DNA of 64,000 nt from an uncultured Chloroflexia bacterium (lineage in GTDB: Bacteria; Chloroflexota; Limnocylindria; Limnocylindrales; CSP1-4): assembly GCA_963842695.1 (NCBI GenBank), contig CAWJHK010000011.1, forward strand, positions 52,952 to 116,951, read 5' to 3'. This document shows, in pieces, positions 20,858 through 30,668 of the stretch. Under the pieces are notes generated by a model. It saw only the letters and a list, made by a program, of their open reading frames with translations. It did not search any database and was not told the origin of the DNA. The first letter of the stretch is position 1; every line of letters starts with the position of its first letter. The position numbers were made by a program, and so were the translations under genes.

Positions 20858-21773
20858 CCGTTCGGTGCCCCTCTATGAAGTGGTTCGTCGAACCTCGTAG
20901 CCGCCACCCTGCGGCGGCCTGGATCTCGTAGGCCGGCTGGTCATAGACCGTCGGGCCGCGGCGAGCACGGCCATCGGTCAGACGGAAGCGCGACGTGTGC
21001 CACGGACACTCGATGCAGCCGTCGACGACCGTCCCCTTGTCGAGCGGCCCGCCGGCATGGGCGCAGACCGCATGCATCGCGTAGACCGTGTCGCCCATGC
21101 GGACGAGGACGAGATCGTTGGTCCCGGCCCTCGCCTTCCTCGGCGTGGCCTCGGGCAGGGTCGCCAGGTCGGCGACGTCGCCCGTGTCGAGCTTGATCCA
21201 TTTCGTCCCCGCCCCGCGGAACGCGTGGCGGCTGACCATGTTGCCGAGCAGGTAGACGACGTCGCCGCCGATGTAGGCGCCGGCCGTGACGATCAGGAAC
21301 CCGATGATCGACAACCCGATGGGGATCGTCCGGTCGGTCGGATTGCCGGCGCGCAGGCCGAGCGACACCAGCAGGACGACGAGGGCGATCACCATCAGCG
21401 TCGAGTGGGTGGTGGCTCGGACCCGGGCCGTCCCGTCCGTGTCGCTGTAGTCGGCGGCGCCGGTCACGGCCGCGGCCAGCATGAACAGGATCGTCGCCAC
21501 CAGCGCGATGTCCGCGGCAGCGGGCTGGTCGAGGAGGTCGAGGACCACGGTCGCGAGGAGCGTCCCGATCGGGATGTCCGTGGCCGCGCTGTGCAGGGGG
21601 TGGCCGAGCCAGCCGCCATTGAGCAGGTCCTTGATCGGTCGGATCGGCCGGAACAGGGCGCTCAGCCAGCGGTGGTTGAAGTCACCCAGCGGCCGGGCCC
21701 AGGCGTCCTGCGCCGCGATGACGCGGGCGATCCATCGAGCCATGCGCGGTACCTCCCGGGCGAGTGTATCCAC
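20847..21773 (-). CDS. DUF2231 membrane domain fused to a Rieske [2Fe-2S] domain
   Basis: Intact 308 aa; N-terminal 4-TM DUF2231-like region; C-terminal CAHAGGPL...CPWH (Rieske ligands). Overlaps the start of the downstream kinase gene. Confidence 0.75.
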   Translation of the reverse strand: MDTLAREVPRMARWIARVIAAQDAWARPLGDFNHRWLSALFRPIRPIKDLLNGGWLGHPLHSAATDIPIGTLLATVVLDLLDQPAAADIALVATILFMLAAAVTGAADYSDTDGTARVRATTHSTLMVIALVVLLVSLGLRAGNPTDRTIPIGLSIIGFLIVTAGAYIGGDVVYLLGNMVSRHAFRGAGTKWIKLDTGDVADLATLPEATPRKARAGTNDLVLVRMGDTVYAMHAVCAHAGGPLDKGTVVDGCIECPWHTSRFRLTDGRARRGPTVYDQPAYEIQAAAGWRLRGSTNHFIEGHRTGAS

Positions 21774-21879
21774 AGATCGTCCACATGGGCATCAAGTTCG
21801 GGGATAACTTCCGCCCAATTCGCTGCAAGTTCGTGGACAAGCCCGTTGTGGAGTCGGGGCCCCGGCCCGTACATTTCGT

Positions 21880-21950
21880 CTTGCCCGAAGGGGCAGGTTG
21901 AACCGCCAGACCGGTTCGAGGAGTGATCCTCGGGACGGTCCCGGGAACCA
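21880..21950 (+). promoter_or_regulatory. candidate structured RNA element (weak resemblance to the guanidine-I / ykkC riboswitch core) inside a 650-bp low-coding region
   Basis: Segment GGTTCGAGGAG, hairpin GAGG-AGTGAT-CCTC, then CGGG-ACGGT-CCCG-GGAAC. This is analogous to the ykkC GGUCCGAGAG ... CGGGA-loop-CCCGGGAG core. Locally lower GC, no convincing ORF. Confidence 0.15.
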
Positions 21951-22163
21951 GGTTCGCAGGTCGCAAGGCCGGCGAGCGAGGAACCCGGCGACGACCAGGG
22001 ACTGCGGACTTGTTCGTAGCCTCAGGACCCGTCGAACGGAGGTCCCCACCAGTTCCTTCGGGCGCTTTCGTGTGTCCGGCGATCGCCACCTGCGAGGCGA
22101 TTGCAAGCGATCCACCGGTCGAGCCGCGCATCGGCAGGCCGCCCGGCCCGCGATGATCGGCGC

Positions 22164-22379
22164 ATGTGGCGCTTCCTCCTCCTCCGCTTCCTGCCGCGGC
22201 GGCTCATCCCGCTCCTCGCCCTGTACGAGATCGTCCAGCTGGTTCGCCGATTCCGGCGTGATGGCGACTTCCCGTGGCGCACCGACCAGCCCTGGAGCGA
22301 CGACGACCGGATCGTCGAGGGCCACGCGACGGTGGTCCCACCGCGGACCGTCGATCGGGGGTCGACGACCACGCGCTGA
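22164..22379 (+). CDS. small hypothetical protein (71 aa) just upstream of the MFS transporter
   Basis: ATG start, high GC3, no homolog recognised; MWRFLLLRFLPRRLIPLLALYEIVQLV... Ends 50 nt before the MFS start. Confidence 0.3.
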   Translation: MWRFLLLRFLPRRLIPLLALYEIVQLVRRFRRDGDFPWRTDQPWSDDDRIVEGHATVVPPRTVDRGSTTTR

Positions 22380-22428
22380 CGTCGACGGGTCGGCCGCGAC
22401 GACCCGCGCCTTCCGCTAGGCTCGGCGG

Positions 22429-23706
22429 GTGCCCACCATCGAACCGAAGGTCCCGACCGTGGCTCGCCCCGCCCAGGACTGGCGCATCCTCGTTGCGGTC
22501 TTCTGGGCCACCTCGATGGTCGAAGGCCTCGGTGTCAGCCAGATCTTCGCGCTGATGCCGACGTCCCTGCGCGAGATGGGGGTCGCGCCGCAGGACCGAC
22601 TGACCTTCATCGGGCTGTTCAGCGCGCTGATCTTCATCGTCGGCATGCCGCTCGTCCCGCTGTGGGGCGCGTGGGCCGACAAGTACAGCCGCAAGCTGGT
22701 GATCGTCCGGAGCGCGCTGGTCGAGGCAGCGGTCTTCGCCGCCGTGGCTCTCGCCCGCGAGCCGTGGCAGCTGGCCCTGGCGATGCTGCTCATCGGCCTC
22801 CAGCTCGGCAACACCGGCATCATGCTGGCCGGCATCCGCGACGTGACACCGCTCAAGCGGATCGGTACGACGATCGCCCTGTTCGGAGCGTCCGGGCCAG
22901 TCGGGTTCGCGGTCGGGCCGGCCCTCGCCGGGATCCTGATCGACGGCTTCGGCTGGGCCGTGTCGTCGGTGTTCTGGCTGTCGGCGGCCCTGTCGATCGG
23001 GACGGCGCTCCTGGTGACGTTCGGGTCGAGGGAGGTGCGCCCCGAGGTCGTGCCGACCGGCCGGACGGTCGACCTGGCATTCGCCTCGCTGCGCGGCGTC
23101 CTGACCGATCAAGCGACGCGCCGCATCTTCCTGATCTTCGGCATCTCGTACGTGGCGATCCAGATGAGCCGGCCGTACATCCCCGTTCTGGTCGAGGGGA
23201 TCACCGGGGTCGGCCCGGGTCTCGCCTCGGCCATCGCGCTGGTGATGGGTGCGGCCGCGCTGGTCGGCGCGCTCGTGTCGCCGCTCGGTGGCGTGATCGG
23301 GGACCGCATCGGCTTCCGCCCGGTCCTGGTCGCGGCGATGGCCGGGGCCGGCGTCGTCCTCGTCCTGATGCCGCTGGTCCCGTCGGTCGGCGGCCTGGCG
23401 CTGCTCGCGGTGGTCCTCGGCGCCTCGACGGCCACCGTGAGCGCGATGATCTTCGGGCTCCTCGCCACGGAGCTGCCGGCCGAGCGGCGGTCCGCCGCCC
23501 TCAACCTCGTGTACCTGCCCCTCTATGCCGCCGGGATCATCGGTCCGGCGGCCGGCGCGCTGGTCGCGTCGATCGGCGGGGTCCATGGCCTCTTCGTCGT
23601 CGGCGCGGCGGTGTACTTCCTCGGAGCCGTCGTCATCCTGCGGCGGCGCGGCCGACCGGTGACGGCGTCACGCGAGGTCCCGGCGACCGTCGCATCCGAG
23701 CTCTGA
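22429..23706 (+). CDS. MFS transporter (12-TM)
   Basis: Intact 425 aa, GTG start, typical MFS TM topology. Confidence 0.8.
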   Translation: MPTIEPKVPTVARPAQDWRILVAVFWATSMVEGLGVSQIFALMPTSLREMGVAPQDRLTFIGLFSALIFIVGMPLVPLWGAWADKYSRKLVIVRSALVEAAVFAAVALAREPWQLALAMLLIGLQLGNTGIMLAGIRDVTPLKRIGTTIALFGASGPVGFAVGPALAGILIDGFGWAVSSVFWLSAALSIGTALLVTFGSREVRPEVVPTGRTVDLAFASLRGVLTDQATRRIFLIFGISYVAIQMSRPYIPVLVEGITGVGPGLASAIALVMGAAALVGALVSPLGGVIGDRIGFRPVLVAAMAGAGVVLVLMPLVPSVGGLALLAVVLGASTATVSAMIFGLLATELPAERRSAALNLVYLPLYAAGIIGPAAGALVASIGGVHGLFVVGAAVYFLGAVVILRRRGRPVTASREVPATVASEL

Positions 23707-24656
23707 GCGTCAGCCCGGGACGCCGGCGCGAGACCACGAACGCCGAGAGCAGCAGCGCGACCAGGGTGCCAGCGCCGAGCACGAGCGCCTCGCGCGTCTC
23801 GACGAACCGGAAGCGCTCACCCGGCACCACGATCGACACGATCGGGTACTTGGGATTGCCCTCCTGGTCATACGGGTCGGCTCCGCCGAAGTAGCTGTAG
23901 TCGACGAGCGCTGCCGTCCGGGAGCACGAACTTCTGGGTGATGAAGAGGTCACCCAGGTGGCCGATGCCGTTGTCGTTGACGTCGACCGGGATCGCGACC
24001 GCCTCGCGTTCCAGGATCTCCTGGTGGACCCGCTCGCCGCCGGCGAGCCCGATGGTCACGATGACGGCGGTCAGGATGACGGCCGGCAGGGCACGGGCGA
24101 CGACCGCCCCGACGAGCACGGCCACGCCGAAGATGAACAAGGCCCGGCTGGCGATCAACAGCCCGCGGAACCCGAACGCCGTGAACGCGTTCGACAGGTC
24201 GACGCCGGGGGTCACTACCCCGACGAAGCGATCGGCCGCGATCCCCGCGACGAACGTGATCAGCGCCAGCGCGATGAGGATCGGCACCATCCGCTCCAGG
24301 AACCAGCGTGTTCGCGACGGGGCCAGCGACCAGGCGAGCCGGCTGGTCCCGCGCTCGATCTCGCGGGCGACGATCGGCACGCCGAGGAACAGTCCGGCCG
24401 CAAACGACAGGAAGATCAGCAACCCGACGCTCAGCCCGGCGGGACTGTACTGAGCCGAGTACCAGGCGTTCAGCTTCGCCTCGCATCCCGCCACGGGCTC
24501 GGCGGTGGCGACAAGGCACTCGGCCGGCGGGCGCATGGAGTCGATCCACGCTGCGGCCAGGATCGTGGCGACGATGAAGACGACGATGAACCCGCCGAAC
24601 GCCAGCAGCTCGAACCGGCTCAACCGGAGCGTGAGCCGCGCCCACGTCAGGCTCAT
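23633..24656 (-). CDS. ABC-2 type transporter permease (6-TM with large first extracytoplasmic loop), one frameshift near 23945
   Basis: MSLTWARLTLRLSRFELLAFGG... Start ATG overlaps the ATPase stop (ATGA). The sixth TM helix LVLGAGTLVALLLSAFVVSRRRP appears only after the frame correction. The 3' end overlaps the MFS gene convergently by about 74 bp. Confidence 0.65.
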
Positions 24657-25528
24657 GCCGCAGCCTCGACGGGAACGGCCGCCGGACGCGGCGCTCGCCC
24701 CGCGGCGAGGTGCCCGAGCACGACCTCCTCGAGCGTCGCCGGACGACCACCCGGCGGGGTGCCGCGAACCAGGGCGAGGCGCTCGCCGGCCGGACCCGGG
24801 AACACGCCGACGGTCGCGTAGTCCGGTGTCAGCCCGACGGCCGCCGTCGCATCCATCACGACGTGCTCCGCGATCGCGCCGGCGATCGAGAGGTCGAGGA
24901 GCGTCCGTCCGGCTCCCAGGACCAGGAGCCGGTCGCAGGCCTGCTCGATGTCGGTGATGACATGCGAGGACAGGAGCGCGGTCGCCCCATCGGCGCGGAC
25001 GGCGTCGACCAGGACATGGAGGAATTCGCGTCGAGCGAGCGGGTCGAGGCTGGCGAGCGGCTCGTCCAGCAGGAGGACCGGCGCACGTGCGCCGAGCGCG
25101 AGCGCCAGCCCGACCTGGGCCTGCTGGCCGCCCGACAGCTCCTCGGCACGCGAAGCCAGCGAGATCTCGAGGTCGTCGAGCCGCCGCCTCGCCAGCGTGC
25201 CATCGAACCCGGGCCGGAGGGAGCCGGCCAGCGCGACGTGCTGGTCGACGGTCAGCTCGCGGTACAGCGACGGCGCCTGCGGCACATAGCCGATCCGGCG
25301 GATCGCGCCACCCCGGTCGCGCCAGGGGTCGATCCCGTCGACCGTGAGGTGGCCCTCGGTCGGGCGCTCGAAGCCGACCCACGCCTTGAGGAGCGTCGAC
25401 TTGCCTGAGCCGTTCGGCCCGACCAGCGCCGTGATGCTGCCATCGGGAACCGACAGGTCGACGTGGCGGAGTGCCCAGCGCCGACGGCCGTAGCGCTTGC
25501 CGATGTCGTGCGTCTCGAGGATGGCCAT
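24653..25528 (-). CDS. ABC transporter ATP-binding protein
   Basis: Intact 291 aa; Walker A GPNGSGKSTLLKA, signature LSGGQQAQV, Walker B LLLDEP. Confidence 0.85.
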   Translation of the reverse strand: MAILETHDIGKRYGRRRWALRHVDLSVPDGSITALVGPNGSGKSTLLKAWVGFERPTEGHLTVDGIDPWRDRGGAIRRIGYVPQAPSLYRELTVDQHVALAGSLRPGFDGTLARRRLDDLEISLASRAEELSGGQQAQVGLALALGARAPVLLLDEPLASLDPLARREFLHVLVDAVRADGATALLSSHVITDIEQACDRLLVLGAGRTLLDLSIAGAIAEHVVMDATAAVGLTPDYATVGVFPGPAGERLALVRGTPPGGRPATLEEVVLGHLAAGRAPRPAAVPVEAAA

Positions 25529-25620
25529 GGTCCCTCCGGGTGCGTCGGGCCCACGGCCTTCGGGGTGGATGGTACGGGGCGCGACCGCTTGCCACGTCTC
25601 TCGGCGACTACGATGGCGAC

Positions 25621-26631
25621 GTGCCGAACCTCGCCTTCCCGCGCCCGCGCCCGCTGCCGAGGCCCCGCGGCCGCCGTCGCACCGCGGCCGACGACGGGAT
25701 CACGGCCGTCGATGTCGCCGCCCCCGACATCATCGAGTCGAGCGGCATCCGCTGGATCCACATCGAGTCGCCGCGGACGGTCGACCGCGACTGGCTCGAG
25801 GAGCATTTCGACTTCCACCCGCTCGACTACGAGGACGTCTACTCACGCAACAACCGGCCCAAGCTCGACCAGTACGACGACTACGTCTTCATCGTCCTGC
25901 ACTTCCCGATGTTCGAGAAGGAGACCGGCCGGATCCTGACGGCCGAGATCGACCTGTTCATGGGGCCGGACTACCTGATCACGCTGCCCAACATCCCGCT
26001 GCCACCGCTGACGGCGATGTTCGAGCGCTACCGGGAGAAGGAGGACCTCCGCGAGGCGACGTTCTCCAAGGGCAGCGGCTACCTGCTGTACAAGATCGTC
26101 GACACGTGCGTCGACGCGTCGTTCCCGATGCTCCGCAAGATGGCGCTCAAGCTCGACCGGATCGAGGACGACATCTTCGAGGGTCGCTCGTCTGAGATCG
26201 TTCGAGACATCTCCGAGGCCAAGCAGGAGATCATCAACTTCCGCCGGATCGTCCGACCGCAGACGGCCGTCCTGCGCGACCTCGAGCGGACCAAGCAGCG
26301 CTACCTCCAGGAAGAGCTGGAGATCTACTTCGACGACATCTCCGACGCGGCCGAGCGGATCTGGGACACGCTCGAGAACTACAAGGAGGTCATCGAGGCG
26401 CTCGAGTCGACCAACGAATCGGTCCTGTCGCACCGACTGAACGACTCGTTCCGGGTGCTGACCGCGGCCAGCGTCGTGCTGCTGCCGCTGACCCTCGTCG
26501 CCAGCATCTTCGGGATGAACGTACCGGTCCCGGGCGAGAACGCGGAGTTCGCGTTCCTGGCGATCCTGTTGCTGATGGCGCTCCTGCTGATCGTGCTGGT
26601 CGCCTACTTCCGGCGGCGCGGCTGGCTGTAG
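25621..26631 (+). CDS. corA: CorA-family Mg2+/Co2+ transporter
   Basis: ...IRWIHIESP...HPLDYEDV... cytoplasmic domain; C-terminal two TM helices with the GMN motif (FGMNVPVPGE). Start assigned to an in-frame GTG. Confidence 0.8.
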   Translation: MPNLAFPRPRPLPRPRGRRRTAADDGITAVDVAAPDIIESSGIRWIHIESPRTVDRDWLEEHFDFHPLDYEDVYSRNNRPKLDQYDDYVFIVLHFPMFEKETGRILTAEIDLFMGPDYLITLPNIPLPPLTAMFERYREKEDLREATFSKGSGYLLYKIVDTCVDASFPMLRKMALKLDRIEDDIFEGRSSEIVRDISEAKQEIINFRRIVRPQTAVLRDLERTKQRYLQEELEIYFDDISDAAERIWDTLENYKEVIEALESTNESVLSHRLNDSFRVLTAASVVLLPLTLVASIFGMNVPVPGENAEFAFLAILLLMALLLIVLVAYFRRRGWL

Positions 26632-26705
26632 CCACGGAGCCCCGCGGTAGGATGGACCGGTCCCGGGCCGACGGTGGTGCGGGTCGAACCGAGCAGGCTC
26701 CCGAC

Positions 26706-28355
26706 ATGGCGAACGAGGCGACGACCTCCGACGACACGCTGATCCGGGCCCGCGCAGCCTACGAGCGCCGCGCCTGGGCCGAGGCATACGACGCGCTCGC
26801 CGCGTCCGACGCCCGTGCGCCGCTCGACGGCGCGGACCTCGAGCGGATGGCGATCGCCGCCTACATGCTCGGGCGGCCCGACGACTCCACGGCCGCCGGG
26901 GCGCGAGCCCATCTCGAGGCCGTCCGCACGGGCGACCTCGGCCTGGCGATCCGCTCCGCGTACGGGCTCGGGATGGAGTTCATGCAGCGAGGCGACATGG
27001 CCCAGGGAGGCGGCTGGCTCGCCCGCGGAGCGCGACTCGTGGAGGAGACCGGCTACGACGGGGTCGAGCCGGGGTTCCTGCTGATCCCGCAGGCGCTCCA
27101 GGCACTGATGGCCGGCCGCGCGGAAGATGCGTTCGGCATCTTCGAGCAGGTCGCCGCCATCGCCGAGCGGTTCGACGACGCGGACCTCCGGACGTTCGGC
27201 CGGCTCGGTCGCGGGCAGTCGCTGATCGCCATGGCCGAGACTCGCCGTGGCGTCGCCCTCCTCGACGAGGCGATGACGGCGGTCATCGCCGGCGAGGTCT
27301 CGCCGATCGCGTCGGGGATCGTCTACTGCGCCGTCATCGAGGCGTGCCAGTCCATGTTCGACCTGCGGCGCGCGCAGGAGTGGACCGCGGCGCTGGAGCG
27401 CTGGTGGCGAGTCGCAGCCCGACCTGGTCCCGTTCCGGGGCAACTGCCTCGTCTTCCGCGCGGAGCTGATGCGCTTCCACGGCGCCTGGGCCGAGGCGAC
27501 GGACGAAGCCGAGCGCGCGCGCGAGTGGCTGTCGCGGCCGCCGCCCGAGCCGGCCGTCGGGGAGGCGATCTACCAGCTGGCCGAGCTGGACCGGCTGCGC
27601 GGGGCGTTCGACGCGGCGGCGGCCGGCTATCGCGAGGCCGGGACCTGGGGCCGCCTGCCGGAGCCCGGTCTCGCGCTCCTGCGCCTGGCCCAGGGCGATA
27701 TCGGCGCGGCATCGGCGGCCATCCGGCGTGCGATGGCCGAGGCGACCGACGAGATGGTCCGGGCGAGGATGCTCGAGCCCGCCGCCGAGATCGCCCTGGC
27801 CGCCGGCGACGTGGCCGCGGCGCGCGACGCAGCCGATCGACTCGGCGAGGTCGCCGACGGGCTCGATGCGCCGCTTCTCCGCGCCATGGCGGCCCGGGCC
27901 GACGGCACGGTGCGGCTCGCGGAAGGCGACGTGGCGGGTGCGCTCGCGGTGCTCAGGCGGGCGTGGGAGGCGTGGCGGGACCTCGATGCGCCCTACGAGG
28001 CAGCCCGCGTGCGCGTCCGGACCGCGCGAGGCCTGCCGCCAGCTCGGCGACCTCGAGGGTGCCGCCGGCGAGACCGAGGCCGCCCGCGAGGTGTTCGAGC
28101 GGCTCGGTGCGGCGCCGGATCTGGCCGGGCTGGACGGCCGGGGCCGACGCCGCCGCCCTGCCCGGTGGCCTGAGCGCGCGCGAGGCCGAGGTCCTCCGGC
28201 TCGTCGCGGCCGGGTTGACGAACCGGGCGATCGCCGAGTCCCTGACGATCAGCGAGCGGACCGTCGATCGGCACGTCAGCAACATCTTCACCAAGCTCGA
28301 CGTGTCGACCCGGGCCGCTGCGACGGCCTTCGCCTACGAGCACGGCCTGGTCTGA
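26706..28355 (+). CDS. large LuxR-family transcriptional regulator (N-terminal TPR/helical repeats + C-terminal LuxR HTH), frameshifted
   Basis: C-terminal LSAREAEVLRLVAAGLTNRAIAESLTISERTVDRHVSNIFTKLDV. The N-terminal and middle helical-repeat segments are found in three frames. Confidence 0.7.
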   Translation: MANEATTSDDTLIRARAAYERRAWAEAYDALAASDARAPLDGADLERMAIAAYMLGRPDDSTAAGARAHLEAVRTGDLGLAIRSAYGLGMEFMQRGDMAQGGGWLARGARLVEETGYDGVEPGFLLIPQALQALMAGRAEDAFGIFEQVAAIAERFDDADLRTFGRLGRGQSLIAMAETRRGVALLDEAMTAVIAGEVSPIASGIVYCAVIEACQSMFDLRRAQEWTAALERWWRVAARPGPVPGQLPRLPRGADALPRRLGRGDGRSRARARVAVAAAARAGRRGGDLPAGRAGPAARGVRRGGGRLSRGRDLGPPAGARSRAPAPGPGRYRRGIGGHPACDGRGDRRDGPGEDARARRRDRPGRRRRGRGARRSRSTRRGRRRARCAASPRHGGPGRRHGAARGRRRGGCARGAQAGVGGVAGPRCALRGSPRARPDRARPAASSATSRVPPARPRPPARCSSGSVRRRIWPGWTAGADAAALPGGLSAREAEVLRLVAAGLTNRAIAESLTISERTVDRHVSNIFTKLDVSTRAAATAFAYEHGLV

Positions 28356-28493
28356 GCCGACGGTACCCATCCCGCCCGCCACGCGGTTTGGGTACAACCG
28401 CCGATGCGCCGACCATGGTCCGCCCCTAGCGTCCGGTATCGGCGACCGGGCGATCCGGTCGCCTCCGAACCCGGAACGCAGAGGGACCCGGCC

Positions 28494-29631
28494 ATGGACG
28501 GAACGCAGACCATCGAACGGCTCGACACGATCGTCATCGGCGCCGGCCAGGCCGGACTGTCGGCCGGCTATCACCTCGCGAAGCGCGGGCTGCCCTTCGC
28601 GATCCTCGACGCCGACGCGCGCATCGGCGACCACTGGCGGGACCGCTGGGATTCGCTCCGGCTGTACAGCCCCGCCCGCTACGACTCGCTGCCGGGTATG
28701 CGCTTCCCCGCGTCGTCGTCCCACTGGCCGACCGCTCGCGAGATGGCCGACTACCTCGAGGTGTACGCCCGGCGGTTCGACCTGCCGGTCCGGAGCGGGA
28801 CGCGCGTCGATCGGGTCGAGCCGATCGAGGACGGCTTCGTCGTGTCGACCGCGGACGGCAGGCGCCTCGCGGCACGCCAGGTCATCGTCGCGACCGGGCC
28901 GTTCCGGGAGCCCAATGTCCCGGCGTTCGCCGCCGAGCTCGACCCGTCGATCCGGCAGCTGCACTCGCATGACTATCGCAATCCGGCCCAGCTCAGCCCG
29001 GGCCCCGTCCTCGTCGTCGGCCTGTCGCATTCCGGCGCCGACATCGCGTTCGAGGTCGCCAACGCCGGCCACCGGACGATCCTGTCGGGCAAGTCACATG
29101 GCCAGCTGCCTATCAGGGTCACCGATCGCGAAGCGCGCCATGCTCGGTTGGCCGGTCGTCGAGTTCGTGTTCGGACACGTGCTCACGATGCGCACGCCGA
29201 TGGGCCGACGGATGCGCCCGGAGATCCGCAAGGGCGGCGGCCCGCTCATCCGCGTCCGCCTGGGGGACCTGGACCGGGCCGGCGTCGAGCGTCACGACGC
29301 GAAGACCGTGGGCGCGCGGGACGGCCGCCCGATGCTCGCCGACGGCACCGTGCTCGACGTCGCGAACGTGATCTGGGCCACCGGCTACCGGCCCGACTAC
29401 TCGTTCGTCGCAGCGCCGGTCGTCGGCGAGGATGGCTGGCCGATCGAGAAGCGTGGCGTCAGCCCGACGGCGCCGGGCCTGTACTTCCTCGGCGTCCCGT
29501 TCCAGTACGCCTTCTCGTCGATGCTCGTCGCAGGAGCCGGCCGCGATGCGCAGTACGTCGTCGACCGGATCGCGGAGCGCGTCAAGGCGCGCCGCGGGGC
29601 GGGAAGCATGACGGCGGCCGTCGCGCGCTGA
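28494..29631 (+). CDS. flavin-containing monooxygenase / CzcO-like FAD/NAD(P)-binding oxidoreductase, frameshift near 29100
   Basis: TIVIGAGQAGLSAGYHL (FAD GxGxxG); VLVVGLSHSGADIA (second Rossmann motif); C-terminal ...ANVIWATGYRPDYSF... Confidence 0.7.
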
Positions 29632-29768
29632 GGGGGGATCGGGGAGGGCAGTGCACATGACGGATCGAGCGATCGCGGTCCCGGCAACGAACGTCGGGCA
29701 TTGGACACTATCTGGCCACGGAACGGCGACTATGGGATGCCTACGACCTGGCACCGACCGAGCAGTTC

Positions 29769-30668
29769 GTGCAGCTCGACCAGCCGCGGGCGACGCTCCG
29801 GATCCTCGAGGTCGGGAGCGGCCGGCCAGTGCTGTTCCTTCACGGCACGATCGGGCCGGGCGGATGGGCATCGCTGGTCGGACAGATGCCCGGTCATCGA
29901 GCCCTCGTTCTCGATCGGCCCGGCTGGGGATTGAGCGACCCGGTCGACCTCCCGGGATCGGGTCTCCGCGCGGTCCTGGGCGACCTCCTCGCTGGCACGC
30001 TCGACAAGCTCGGGCTCGACCAGGTGGACCTCGTCGGCGGATCGATCGGCAACACATGGGCGCTGAGCCTCGCCGAGCGCCACCCGGATCGCGTCCGCCG
30101 CGTGGCCCTGCTCGGCGGCGGTCCGTTGATCGACAGCGTGCCCGTCCCGAAGATGATCCGGGCCATCGCTTCGCCGTTCGGCTCGCTCATCGTCAGGCTC
30201 AAGGTCGACCGATCCCGATTGGAGTCGATCCTGCGGGACAGTGGGCACGGCGCGAGCATCGCTGCCGATCGGATCCCGGACGTCTTCATGGATTGGCGGC
30301 AGGCCGCCCACAACGACACCGCGGCGATGCGCCACGAGCGATCCCTCGTCCACCGCGTCGTTCGAGGTTCGGGATGGCACCGGGGGATCACCTTCGATGA
30401 CGCCAGCCTCGGCACGATCGAAACGCCGGTGCTGCTCGTTTACGGCACCGCTGATCCGACCGGCGACGTCGACACTTGGCGAGCGTTCAGCGCCGCCTTG
30501 CCGGATGGCTCGCTCGAGCTGATCGAGGGCGCTGGCCACATGCCATGGTTCGACGAGCCGAAGCGCGTCGCGACGCTTGTCGCCGCCTTCCTGAGCTCGC
30601 CGGCGGCAGAGGTGGCGCCAGTCGCGGCCGGTTACGCCGGGAGGTCGCGCTCTGCGGGGCCGACGTAG
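29769..30668 (+). CDS. alpha/beta hydrolase; the N-terminus may extend to the ATG at 29657 across a frameshift
   Basis: ...VLFLHGTIGPGG...; nucleophile elbow GGSIGNTWAL; C-terminal GAGHMPWFDEP. Confidence 0.75.
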   Translation: MQLDQPRATLRILEVGSGRPVLFLHGTIGPGGWASLVGQMPGHRALVLDRPGWGLSDPVDLPGSGLRAVLGDLLAGTLDKLGLDQVDLVGGSIGNTWALSLAERHPDRVRRVALLGGGPLIDSVPVPKMIRAIASPFGSLIVRLKVDRSRLESILRDSGHGASIAADRIPDVFMDWRQAAHNDTAAMRHERSLVHRVVRGSGWHRGITFDDASLGTIETPVLLVYGTADPTGDVDTWRAFSAALPDGSLELIEGAGHMPWFDEPKRVATLVAAFLSSPAAEVAPVAAGYAGRSRSAGPT

